Source: an uncultured Alphaproteobacteria bacterium (GTDB taxonomy: Bacteria > Pseudomonadota > Alphaproteobacteria > JALCBB01). From it: DNA of 64,000 nucleotides. The notes below the pieces were generated by a model. The model saw only the letters and a list, made by a program, of their open reading frames with translations. It was not told the origin of the DNA and searched no databases. A program made the position numbers and the translations under genes. The stretch's first letter is position 1. Every line of letters starts with the position of its first letter. Positions 47,920 to 57,374 of the stretch are shown piece after piece. The stretch covers positions 1,246,295 to 1,310,294 of the forward strand of contig OY279575.1 of assembly GCA_958267355.1 (NCBI GenBank). Reading direction: 5' to 3'.

Positions 47920-50886
47920 ATGCCTTCCAAGAAGCCTTCTAGCGCGGTGTCTGTCCGTGGTTCGGCGGAGACTCCGCCGCCGTCTCTGTCTGCTCGGGGG
48001 GGGCAGAAGGCGGGGAAATCTTCTGACCGTTGGCGGGAGTCGGTGTTTCTGCCGCAGACTGATTTTCCGATGCGGGGTAGGCTTCCTGAGACGGAGCCTG
48101 ATATTTTGCGGCTCTGGGATGATTTAGGGCTGTATGAACGCCAGCGTCAGGCGGCACAGGGGCGGGAGAAATTTGTGTTACACGATGGTCCGCCTTATGC
48201 CAATGGTGAGTTGCATATGGGTACTGCGTTGAACAAGATTTTGAAGGATATTATTAATCGTTCGCGGCAGATTACGCATTATGACGCGAATTATGTGCCG
48301 GGCTGGGATTGCCATGGCCTTCCGATTGAGTGGAAGGTGGAAGAAGAATACCGCGCCCAGGGTAAGAGCAAAGATGATTTGCCAGCGGTTGAATTTCGCC
48401 GTAGGTGTCGTGGCTTTGCGGAAAAGTGGATAGATATTCAGCGGGCGGGGTTTCGGCGTTTTGGCGTGATTGGTGACTGGCAGGATCCGTATTTGACTAT
48501 GTCTCCTTTGGCGGAAGGGCAAATTGTTCGCGAGCTGGGGAAATTTTTAGACAAGGGTGCATTGTATCGTGGTGTGCGGCCTGTTTTGTGGTCTGTGCCT
48601 GAGAAGACGGCTTTGGCGGATGCGGAAGTGGAGTACTTGCCGCATACTTCGCCGAGTATTTGGGTGGCGTATCCGTTGCGGGAGTCTGTGCATCCTGTTT
48701 TGGCGGAGAAGTTAGCCGACACTGCCTTCGCGGTCTGGACAACGACTCCTTGGACTGTGCCGATGGTGCGGGCGATTGCCTATGCCGAAGACGCGGATTA
48801 CTCCCTGCTTGAAGTGAAGGCGGCGGAAGACTCTGCTTTACTTGGCAAACGCTATCTGGTGGCAAGTGCTTTGGCGGAAGCGTTTTGCGAAGTTTCAGGC
48901 TTGAGCGAGACCACGAAGCTTGCGACCTTAAAGGGAAGCGAATTTGCAGGTACTTTCGGCGGGAGTCCCTTGCGGTGCGAAGTGGAAGGCAAGTTTGTTT
49001 ATGATGCAGACTTTCCGCTTTTGCCTGCTGACTTTGTCACGCTAGACCAAGGGACAGGCTTTGTGCAGATTGCTCCATCGCACGGAGCGGACGATTACGC
49101 TCTGTGCCAAGCCCACGACATTGCGGCTCTACCGCAAATGGATGGCGAAAGCTGTTTTGCCGAGTCGGTGCCACTCTTTGCGGGGACTCGTGTCTTGCGA
49201 GATGATGGCAGCGAAGGCGACAGCAACAAGCGGGTTTTGGAAGTCTTGGCGAGCTGTGGCACTTTGCTTGCCAGCCGTAAGTTAAATCATCCCTATCCGC
49301 ATTCGTGGCGGTCAAAGGCACCACTGATTTTTCGGGTGACGCCGCAGTGGTTTATCTCCATGGAGAAAACAGGCTTGCGTGATACGGCGATGCAGGCGAT
49401 TAGCGATACGCGCTTTTATCCGCCTGAATCGCGTGAGCGTTTGCGGTCAATGGTTGATGGTCGGCCTGATTGGTGCGTTTCGCGGCAACGGCTGTGGGGT
49501 GTGCCTTTACCGCTCTTTACCCACAAGCAGACAGGAGAAGTCTTAAACGACCCGCAGGTGATTGAACGGATTGCCCAAGCTTACGAGAAAGAAAATTCTG
49601 ATTTATGGTTTACCGAGCCAGCGAGTCGGTGGCTGGCTCCTGACTATGATGCAGATGAATGGCAGCAAGAAGAAGATATTGTGGAAGTATGGTTTGACTC
49701 GGGCTCTACCCATGGCTTTGTTTTAGAAAAGCGCGAAGACTTGAAGCCGATTGCCGACTTATATCTTGAAGGAACAGATCAACATCGTGGTTGGTTTCAA
49801 TCGTCATTGTTGGTGGGCTGTGGCACACGCGGACGGGCACCGTACGATGGACTTTTAACCCACGGCTTTGTGCTGGACGATGTTGGACAAAAGATGAGCA
49901 AATCGCTTGGCAACACGACAGACCCGAAAGATGTACTGAAAGATTACGGAGCCGATATTCTGCGGCTCTGGGTGACGACTGCGGATTACACGGGCGATTT
50001 GCGGATTGGTCCGAAGATTTTGAAGCAGACAAGCGAGTCCTATCGGCGTTTGCGTTATTCCCTGCGCTATCTTCTGGGCGGATTGCATGGCTTTGATGAA
50101 AGCGAGCGGATTGCTCCTGCTGATATGCCGCTATTAGAAAAGTGGCTACTGCATCGTTTGTGGTTAGCGACGGGCGAGCTGGAAGGCTACTTTGCTGAAT
50201 ACGATTTCCACCGTGCTTTTGTGCTGTTGCATCAGATTGCGGGAAATGACTTGTCTTCGTTTTACTTTGATATCCGCAAGGATTCGTTGTATTGCGATGC
50301 ACCTACGAACGAGCAACGGCAAGCGGTGCGTAGTACTTTTGATTTGTGTTTTGATTTTTTGGCGACTTGGCTATCGCCGATTTTGTCTTTTACGACCGAA
50401 GCGGCGTGGCAAGCCCGAGGCAAGGATTTAGATACGATTCCGTCTATGCACCTAAACCTTGTCAAGAAGCAAACGGAGTTAGCGGCGTGGCAAGACCGAC
50501 AAGCCTACGACACGGTGGAAAGCTTGCGTCCTGTCCGCCGAGTGATTACAGGGGCGTTAGAACGCGCCCGCACGGCATCCGATATTGGCGCATCTTTAGA
50601 GGCATCTGTGCGGCTGTGGCTTGACCTTACAGAAGCCAAACAAGCCGCCGAGCAGGTTGGAGATGCAGGCTTAGCCGACTGGGCGATTGTCTCGGGCTTG
50701 TCGCTTGCTGATGCGGAAGAAAAGCCCCCCACAGACGCTTTCCGCCTAGACGAAGTGCCAGGGGTGGCGGTGGTCGTAGAAAAGGCACAGGGTGCGAAAT
50801 GCGAGCGTTGTTGGCAGGTTTTGCCTGAAGTGGTGGCAGACGCTGAAAGCCTGTGTTTTAGATGTAGGCGGGTGGTGGGCGCGTAA
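47920..50886 (+). CDS. ileS: Isoleucine-tRNA ligase
   Basis: HDGPPYANG..HMG, GWDCHG, WTTTPWT, DWCVSRQR, KMSKS, C-terminal zinc finger. Confidence 0.98.
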   Translation: MPSKKPSSAVSVRGSAETPPPSLSARGGQKAGKSSDRWRESVFLPQTDFPMRGRLPETEPDILRLWDDLGLYERQRQAAQGREKFVLHDGPPYANGELHMGTALNKILKDIINRSRQITHYDANYVPGWDCHGLPIEWKVEEEYRAQGKSKDDLPAVEFRRRCRGFAEKWIDIQRAGFRRFGVIGDWQDPYLTMSPLAEGQIVRELGKFLDKGALYRGVRPVLWSVPEKTALADAEVEYLPHTSPSIWVAYPLRESVHPVLAEKLADTAFAVWTTTPWTVPMVRAIAYAEDADYSLLEVKAAEDSALLGKRYLVASALAEAFCEVSGLSETTKLATLKGSEFAGTFGGSPLRCEVEGKFVYDADFPLLPADFVTLDQGTGFVQIAPSHGADDYALCQAHDIAALPQMDGESCFAESVPLFAGTRVLRDDGSEGDSNKRVLEVLASCGTLLASRKLNHPYPHSWRSKAPLIFRVTPQWFISMEKTGLRDTAMQAISDTRFYPPESRERLRSMVDGRPDWCVSRQRLWGVPLPLFTHKQTGEVLNDPQVIERIAQAYEKENSDLWFTEPASRWLAPDYDADEWQQEEDIVEVWFDSGSTHGFVLEKREDLKPIADLYLEGTDQHRGWFQSSLLVGCGTRGRAPYDGLLTHGFVLDDVGQKMSKSLGNTTDPKDVLKDYGADILRLWVTTADYTGDLRIGPKILKQTSESYRRLRYSLRYLLGGLHGFDESERIAPADMPLLEKWLLHRLWLATGELEGYFAEYDFHRAFVLLHQIAGNDLSSFYFDIRKDSLYCDAPTNEQRQAVRSTFDLCFDFLATWLSPILSFTTEAAWQARGKDLDTIPSMHLNLVKKQTELAAWQDRQAYDTVESLRPVRRVITGALERARTASDIGASLEASVRLWLDLTEAKQAAEQVGDAGLADWAIVSGLSLADAEEKPPTDAFRLDEVPGVAVVVEKAQGAKCERCWQVLPEVVADAESLCFRCRRVVGA

Positions 50887-50904
50887 TCTTGCTATAATTG
50901 GCGT

Positions 50905-51501
50905 ATGCGAAGGTTTCGTTATATCTGTGCGCTGGTGTTTGGGCTGGCGTTGGTGCCGAGCTTGGCGGGCTGTGAGGACACACGCCGTGCTGTTGGCTTG
51001 GGTGTTCGTGATGCGCCTGATGAATTTGCGGTGGTGCGGAATGATCCGCTGGTGGTGCCAGAGGGCTTGGAGCAGGCGGCGATTTTGCCGACTCCGCGGG
51101 CGGCGAATCCGAACTTGCCGTTGTTGTCTGACGCGGTGGATGATGCTGAACGGGCGTTATTTGGCGCACCGATTACGAACGCCAGCAACGCCAGCAACGC
51201 GAGCAATGGTACGGCGGCGGCGGCGGGTGAAGTGGCGCGTTCGCCTGTGGAGCATTTTTTGCTAGAAGGAGCGGGAGCGGGTACGGGCAATCGTGATATT
51301 CGGGCGATTTTGGCGAATGAAGCTCCTGATACGGGCACGACATTGGGCGAGCGGATTTTGTTTTGGCAGGAGCGGGCGCAGGGTTTGGTTCTTGACCCTG
51401 AGGCGGAGCAGGCGCGGATACAGTCCTTGCGCGAGCGTGGTGAGGCGATTAATGGTGATGGAGTGCCGGTATTGCTTGACCAGCAGAATAATTTGTTTTG
51501 A
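50905..51501 (+). CDS. DUF3035 family lipoprotein
   Basis: Lipobox LAGC, APDEFAVV...PLVVP, LPTPR. Confidence 0.8.
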   Translation: MRRFRYICALVFGLALVPSLAGCEDTRRAVGLGVRDAPDEFAVVRNDPLVVPEGLEQAAILPTPRAANPNLPLLSDAVDDAERALFGAPITNASNASNASNGTAAAAGEVARSPVEHFLLEGAGAGTGNRDIRAILANEAPDTGTTLGERILFWQERAQGLVLDPEAEQARIQSLRERGEAINGDGVPVLLDQQNNLF

Positions 51502-51676
51502 TGTGATTCTTGCGAATGTAGTGCGAATGTAATTGTGAGCGTGTAATTGCGAGTGTAATTGTAAGTGTGATTGCGAGTGTAATTGCGAGTGTGTAATTGT
51601 GAGTGTAATTGTGTTTAGATTTTTGCGTAGCTGTTCGCCTATGCGTACCCGTTCGTCTATGGGTAGCTGTTCGTCT

Positions 51677-52144
51677 ATGCGTGTCTGGGCGATGATGGCT
51701 TCTGTGGTTTCTGTGGTTTTGGTTGTGGGTTTGGCGGGTTTGTGGGCTGATGCGGTGGCGGAAGATTTATTTCGTTATGGTCGTGGTTTTGTGGAGACGG
51801 ATGATGGGGTGCGGTATTTGTTTTCGTTGGAGGTAGCGGAGACAGCGGAAGCGCGGGCGCGTGGTTTGATGTTTCGCGAGTCGTTGGGTGCGGAGAGTGG
51901 AATGTTATTGGTTTGGCAGGAGTCGCGTGATGTGGGTATTTGGATGAAGAACACGCCCTTGTCGCTTGATTTGTTGTATATCCGTGATGATGGAGTTGTG
52001 GTTCGGGTTTATGAGCGTGCGAAGCCGTTTGACTTGACGATCTTGCATAGCGGCGAACCTGTGCGCTCGGTCTTGGAGCTTCCTGCTGGCACGGTATCCC
52101 GCCTTGGCATAACCCCAGGCGCCCACTTTCGTCTATTGGATTGA
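51677..52144 (+). CDS. DUF192 family protein (start uncertain)
   Basis: EVA....RARGLMFR, GML, WMKNTPLSLD, VLELPAG. Confidence 0.9.
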   Translation: MRVWAMMASVVSVVLVVGLAGLWADAVAEDLFRYGRGFVETDDGVRYLFSLEVAETAEARARGLMFRESLGAESGMLLVWQESRDVGIWMKNTPLSLDLLYIRDDGVVVRVYERAKPFDLTILHSGEPVRSVLELPAGTVSRLGITPGAHFRLLD

Positions 52145-52149
52145 ATACT

Positions 52150-53394
52150 GAGACGAAGCTTGGGAGAAGTAGCGGCTTGCCCTTTCCCAACCTTAGAGAC
52201 GAAGACCCACCGAGTGGCGTAGCCACGAGCGCGAGCGGAGTGGAGCGTTAGCGAACGGAGCGAAGCGGACGCCGTGAAGCGTCTTGCGCGTAGCGCACCG
52301 CTTCACGGCACTAGGCGGCGTAAGCCGCCGTAACTTAAACAGTAAGAGAAAGACTAGCCCTGACCTTTTCTTTTACGGACTAGGAATTAGGGTTCTGTAA
52401 AGACGGGGAAGGCGCGACTTGCCCTTTCCTACCTTTGAGACGAAGACCCACCGAGTGGCGTAGCCACGAGCGCGAGCGGAGTGGAGCGTTAGCGAACGGA
52501 GCGAAGCGGACGCCGTGAAGCGTCTTGCGCGTAGCGCACCGCTTCACGGCACTAGGCGGCGTAAGCCGCCGTAACTTAAACAGTAAGAGAAAGACTAGCC
52601 CTGACCTTTTCTTTTACGGACTAGGAATTAGGGTTCTGTAAAGACGGGGAAGGCGCGTCTTGCCCTTTCCTACCTTTGAGACGAAGACCCACCGAGTGCC
52701 CCGCGTGGCGAAGCTTGCCGAGCCACGCCAACGCGTCCGTTAGGACGCACAAAAAAGAGGCACGAGCGCGAGCGTAGCGGGCACCTTGCGGTGCGTCCGC
52801 CTTGCGGCGGGGCATTCGTGCCAAATGTTATACCCCCACCAGCCGTTAAGCCCCATAGTTTCAATGGGGGGGCTAATTGAGCCGAAGCCCCATTGAGTGT
52901 CTACAGGGCGAATTTATTTTTTACCCTTTTATTTTTTCTCTCTAACAGGGGGATATTAATAATTTACCCCCCTAGGGGCGCGAGTGAGCGTAGCGAACGA
53001 GCGGGCAAAGGGGGGTCAAGCTCACAAGCCCGTAGGGCGTAGTGAGCTTGGGGGGGATGGGTGGGAACGCGCCACAAGGGTGCGTAAATTAAATGTTGAA
53101 GTAGAGCCTAACCCCAACCCATTTTTCTACGGCTCAGAAATCAGGGTAATTAGAAGACAGGGAAAAGGCACAGCCCAACCTTAGAGACGAAGACGGGGGA
53201 TACGCGGCTTGCCCCGCAGGGCTTGCCCTGCGGGGTTCGCGCGAATTTAGCGCGAACCGCGGGAGCGTAAGGGTGGTGGGACTGCCCACAGGCGCAGGTG
53301 GTCTTGCGTCTCGCGCCCTTTAGGGCGCGGGTAGCAAGCCAGATGCGCCCAAAGCACGCGCAAGCGTGCGTAAAAACTCTCCACCGCAAGGTGG
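52150..53394. mobile_element. 1.2-kb non-coding mosaic: 241-bp tandem repeat x2.2, module E, reverse A unit, reverse module B, hairpin cluster
   Basis: GAGACGAAGACCCACCGAG at 52196, 52437 and 52678; A unit at ~52797-52890; B module at ~53075-53195. Confidence 0.75.
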
Positions 53395-53468
53395 TCGGGG
53401 CGACTGGGTTCGAACCAGTGACCTCCTGCTCCCAAAGCAGGCGCGCTACCAGGCTGCGCCACGCCCCG
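53392..53468 (-). tRNA. tRNA-Pro(TGG)
   Basis: CGGGGCGTGGCGCAGCCTGGTAGCGCG-CCTGC-TTTGGGA-GCAGG...GTTCGAACC...CCGACCA. Confidence 0.96.
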
Positions 53469-53670
53469 ATTTTGTGGATGGGTTTTGTGTTTTGGATAAT
53501 GCCACTAAAGCGGGGGTTTGTGTGGGCTGTGGGCTGTGGGGGTTTTTTGTTGTGGGCGGAGCGGTTTAGGTCATTGATTTTCAAGAATAAATACCAAATT
53601 GCAGTATTTTTCTTAAATTTAATTGCTTTTGACGGCAAATTAATTCTAATTCTGGCGAAAATGTGCTATA

Positions 53671-53699
53671 TTGACTGAAATTGGTTCGCACTTTATAAC
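53671..53699 (+). promoter_or_regulatory. Near-consensus sigma70 promoter with no downstream CDS
   Basis: TTGACT-N17-TATAAC. Confidence 0.65.
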
Positions 53700-53704
53700 A
53701 GCCA

Positions 53705-53870
53705 TAGGAATCTGACAAAAGAGGTACGCCCGCCGCGCATAGAGTTTGTTTTCCGAGCTGATCCGTTCCGTCGCTATACTCTCCTCCTCCTCGTGGCACG
53801 GGACGGGTCGCCTCCCCACGCGGGTGAGGCGGGAGGGCATCGCATAGCCGATTGCCCTCCCCTTCTTTTT
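53705..53870 (+). ncRNA. Candidate ~165-nt small RNA with anti-SD-like CUCCUCCUCC motif
   Basis: Own promoter, CTCCTCCTCCTC and CCTCCCC tracts, two GC hairpins, terminal T-run. Confidence 0.5.
53831..53870 (+). terminator. Rho-independent terminator
   Basis: GGGAGGGCA(TCG)...(CGA)TTGCCCTCCC followed by CTTCTTTTT. Confidence 0.7.
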
Positions 53871-53994
53871 AAGCAAAGTTTTTAAGCTGGGCTTTCAGCC
53901 TGCGCTTTTTCTGTTTGCTAAAACTTCTGCTCATTTGTCTGTTTATCTGTTCGTGTCGTACGACACGTACTATAGCTTCCAATTATTCAAACCG

Positions 53995-54069
53995 CGCGCT
54001 CGGGAGGACTCGAACCTCCGACCTAGTGCTTAGAAGGCACTCGCTCTAATCCAGCTGAGCTACGAGCGC
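53995..54069 (-). tRNA. tRNA-Arg(TCT), CCA not encoded
   Basis: GCGCTCGTAGCTCAGCTGGATTAGAGCG-AGTGC-CTTCTAA-GCACT...GTTCGAGTC...CGAGCGCG. Confidence 0.95.
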
Positions 54070-54079
54070 ACCGCCTTGC

Positions 54080-54385
54080 CTAATGCGTCCAACGCAGAAG
54101 TCTATTGGCACGGAAATTCGCATCATAAGCCTTGGGCTTGCTCCGCCGCACAGATGGCGGCGAGAGCGCATAGCCAAAGCCCTGACTCTTTGCCCAAGCG
54201 ACTGCCTGTTCTTCACTGGCAAAACGTAGCTTTACTTGGCGGGTTGTGTCTTCCATCGTTGCCCAGCCCATCAAAGCATCAGGAGCCAAAGGCTTTTGCC
54301 GAACAAATTCGGCAATCCACTCTTTTTCGCCTGCCCGCCCCGACTGCATCGCCGACCGCGGAGCAGAATAGATCTTCACTTCCAT
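54080..54385 (-). CDS. ETC complex I subunit (NDUFS4-like)
   Basis: IYSAPRSAMQSG, DALMGW, QVKLRF, YDANF. Confidence 0.92.
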   Translation of the reverse strand: MEVKIYSAPRSAMQSGRAGEKEWIAEFVRQKPLAPDALMGWATMEDTTRQVKLRFASEEQAVAWAKSQGFGYALSPPSVRRSKPKAYDANFRANRLLRWTH

Positions 54386-54485
54386 AGCAATTCTCCTTAA
54401 GCCCTAAGTTTTTCCTACGGCGTACAACCCGCACACTATACAACAAGCCCAGCCCTTGAAGGAGTGGCAGGGTTTGGGGTGGGGC

Positions 54486-55139
54486 TTATGGCTTGTCGGC
54501 GGGCTTTTCTTCTGCCAGCGCCTTCGCCACCACCACCCGAGCCGCCCGCAACAAACGCCCATGAATTAACCAACCCGTCTGTACTTCCTGAATCACCGTA
54601 CCCGCAGACGCTTCGCCACTTGCCAGCTCCGCCATTACCTCGTGGCGACTCGGATCCAACTTCTCACCCAGTGAGGCAAAGGGAACAATTCCATGGCGGG
54701 CAAAAGCTTCTTCAATACCGCGTAGAACTAAGTCCAAACCGCCACGCAAAGATTGCGGACACTCAGGAGCCGCCACCGCCCGCCGCAAGTTATCCAACGA
54801 GTCCAACAAATCAAAGGCTAAAGGTTCGGCTCCGCGTTTGCGGGCTTCGCCCAAAGCCTTGTCGTGACGCGCAGAAATGTTACGCAACTCCGCCAAGGCT
54901 AAAAGATAACGCTCTTGAAAATCCTGCTCGCTCGCCTGTGCAGATGCGTTCTTTCCTGCCCTGCCCTTTCCTGCCCTGCCCTTTTCTGGCGTATCTTTTT
55001 TTGGCGTATCTTTTTCTTGCGTAGAGTCCCCCGCCGCAGATTCCTGCTCTGCTGACCCCTTGCCCGCTGACTCGCTACCCGCCGACTCTGGCGCGTTTTT
55101 ACTCGGCGTATCCGCTTTGTGAGACTTGTCTTTACGCAT
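54486..55139 (-). CDS. grpE: Nucleotide exchange factor GrpE
   Basis: AELRN, DLLDSLDNLRRA, DPSRHE, GW....RLLRAARVVV; downstream of hrcA. Confidence 0.92.
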   Translation of the reverse strand: MRKDKSHKADTPSKNAPESAGSESAGKGSAEQESAAGDSTQEKDTPKKDTPEKGRAGKGRAGKNASAQASEQDFQERYLLALAELRNISARHDKALGEARKRGAEPLAFDLLDSLDNLRRAVAAPECPQSLRGGLDLVLRGIEEAFARHGIVPFASLGEKLDPSRHEVMAELASGEASAGTVIQEVQTGWLIHGRLLRAARVVVAKALAEEKPADKP

Positions 55140-55227
55140 TGTCCTTAACACCCTGCCCTTACGCTTTATCCTTACGCCCTGTCTTTGCGCCCGCTCCTTG
55201 CTTATATCGGGCTTGCGCCACCAGAAA

Positions 55228-56460
55228 TCAAGAGCCAGCTGTCTCCGCCGTGCCTGTCTGTTGTGGCTCCTGTGCTGTCTCGTCGCCGCTCAGAGTCCGC
55301 ACCACCTGTGCCGTGTAATCCACCATCGGAATAATCCGCGCATAGTTCAGCCGCACAGGACCAATCACACCCAAAGCCCCAACGGGCTTGCCTCCCTGCT
55401 GAACCCACGGAGCCAAGATCACCGAACAACCCGCCACTCCAAACAACGGCGAACCCGCACCAATAAAAATCTGCACCCCATCCGCCGTGCCAGCCAAGCG
55501 GAGCAATTCCAGCACCGACTCCTTGCGCTCTAATGCCGCAAAAAGCGCACGGATACGCTCCACATCTGCGGCTTCCCGCACTCCCGACAAAAGATTGGCA
55601 TGACCCGAAACCAAAAGACTCGGCATCGCCTGCTCGCCACCCCAAAACGCCAAGCCCGACTCCACCAACTGCGAAGTGAGTCCATCCAGCGTCGCCCTGT
55701 CGCGGCGGATACACTCGCCTATCTCTAGCGTCGCCTCACGGAATGTGCGTCCGAAAAAACGTTGCGAAATATAATTGCCCGCTTCCACCAAAGCCGATGC
55801 AGGAAGGGAAGGCGAAACTTCTAGAACGCGGTTTTCAACCTGTCCGCTTTCCGTCACCAAGACCATCAAAACCCGACTCGGAGACAAACGCACAAACTCC
55901 ACATGCCGCAAAGCCGAGTCTTCCGCCGCAGGAACCGCCACCAAGACCGCACAACGCGATAACTCCGACAAGACTTCAGAAGCCTGCTGCAGGGCAACTT
56001 CTCCCGACAGAGTGCTACCCGTCAAAGAATGCTTGTGGAAGTGATTGGCAATTTCTGCACGCTCTTGGGTGGTCAAGTTGTCGCGCTCCATCAAGCCATG
56101 GACAAACAGCCGTAGCCCATGTTCGGTTGGCAAACGTCCCGCCGAAGTATGCGGAGCCGCCAGCAAACCAAGCGACTCCAAATCCGCCATAACAGTGCGC
56201 AGAGTTGACGCGGAAAAACGCCCGCCCATTTTGTCCGCAAGCGTGCGCGAGCCAACAGGCGAACCCGTACGCATATAGGTATCCACCAACCGCGAAAAAA
56301 CTTCGCGGGTACGGGAGTCCATCGCCGACAAGGCTTCAGCAGGAGCTGGCTTATGCATCTCCGTTTTATGCACTTCCGACTTGTGCATCTCCGACTTGTG
56401 CGCCACAGAACTGCGCACTCCCGACTTGTGCGCCACAGATTTGGCAGGCGTGTCTGTCAT
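55228..56460 (-). CDS. hrcA: Heat-inducible transcription repressor HrcA
   Basis: YMRTGSPVGSRTL, MADLE..GL...PHTSAGRLPT, GVIGP.RLNYARIIPMVD; start MTDT at 56460. Confidence 0.96.
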   Translation of the reverse strand: MTDTPAKSVAHKSGVRSSVAHKSEMHKSEVHKTEMHKPAPAEALSAMDSRTREVFSRLVDTYMRTGSPVGSRTLADKMGGRFSASTLRTVMADLESLGLLAAPHTSAGRLPTEHGLRLFVHGLMERDNLTTQERAEIANHFHKHSLTGSTLSGEVALQQASEVLSELSRCAVLVAVPAAEDSALRHVEFVRLSPSRVLMVLVTESGQVENRVLEVSPSLPASALVEAGNYISQRFFGRTFREATLEIGECIRRDRATLDGLTSQLVESGLAFWGGEQAMPSLLVSGHANLLSGVREAADVERIRALFAALERKESVLELLRLAGTADGVQIFIGAGSPLFGVAGCSVILAPWVQQGGKPVGALGVIGPVRLNYARIIPMVDYTAQVVRTLSGDETAQEPQQTGTAETAGS

Positions 56461-56561
56461 AGCCCTTCTGTTGTACGACAAGCTCGCCGCAACGACAAGA
56501 ATTAGGCTAAACTCGCCCAAGACACAGAAGCCAAACCCAAACCACTCAAATCCAAACCAAA

Positions 56562-57302
56562 ATGCCCCAAAGACACAATGGGCGGAATTCCGCCAGCCTG
56601 CGTCCGCTTGCCTTCGCCAGCGGAGCCCTGACCTGGGCGGAAGGCTCGTGCCGCGTTGTCCAAGGACGCACCGAGCTACTCTGTGCGGCAAGCCTAGACG
56701 ATCGCGTCCCACCATGGATGCGCAACGCAGGACGCGGCTGGGTCACCGCCGAATACGGTATGCTTCCGCGTTCAACTTCAGAGCGTATGCGACGCGAAGC
56801 CGCCAACGGCGGACAAAGCGGACGCACTTTAGAAATCCAGCGTCTCATCGGACGAGCCCTACGCGCCGTGCATTCCCTAGAAGCCATGGGCGAGCGCACC
56901 CTGCGGCTTGATTGCGATGTCATCAACGCCGACGGCGGCACACGCTGTGCGGCCATCAACGGAGCCTACATCGCCGCCGCGTGCGCTTGGGAAGCCTTAG
57001 TCCAACGCGGACTTGTGCGGGCGAGTCCGTTGCGCGAAGCGGTGGCGGCGGTGAGCTGTGTCATCAATCAAGACCGCGTCTTGTTGGATCCTGATTACAG
57101 CGAAGACTCCACGGCTTCGGTAGATGCAAACTTTGTCTTCGCAGAAAGCGGCAAGCTGATTGAAGTGCAGATGAGTGCAGAAGGCGCGGCTTTTTCTGAC
57201 TCGCAACTGAACGAGATGTTAAGCCTTGCCCGTCAGGGCGCAGGGGAAATCTTTGCCGCCCAAAAACAAACCTTAGAAGAAGCGCGGGCGAAATCTTCTT
57301 GA
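56562..57302 (+). CDS. rph: Ribonuclease PH
   Basis: GWVTAEYGMLPRST, RTLEIQRLIGR, DCDVINADGGTR. Confidence 0.97.
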   Translation: MPQRHNGRNSASLRPLAFASGALTWAEGSCRVVQGRTELLCAASLDDRVPPWMRNAGRGWVTAEYGMLPRSTSERMRREAANGGQSGRTLEIQRLIGRALRAVHSLEAMGERTLRLDCDVINADGGTRCAAINGAYIAAACAWEALVQRGLVRASPLREAVAAVSCVINQDRVLLDPDYSEDSTASVDANFVFAESGKLIEVQMSAEGAAFSDSQLNEMLSLARQGAGEIFAAQKQTLEEARAKSS

Positions 57303-57374
57303 AAGACCGCTTGCACAGACCTACAAAGCACTGCGCTCAAAGAAAGTACTGCGCTCAAAGATTGGCAAAGCAAA

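Noticed and set aside
52621-53678. Transposase or other protein encoded in the repeat mosaic
   Set aside because: Short ORFs are not conserved between copies and show no DDE, HUH or recombinase motifs; some overlap tRNA-Pro.
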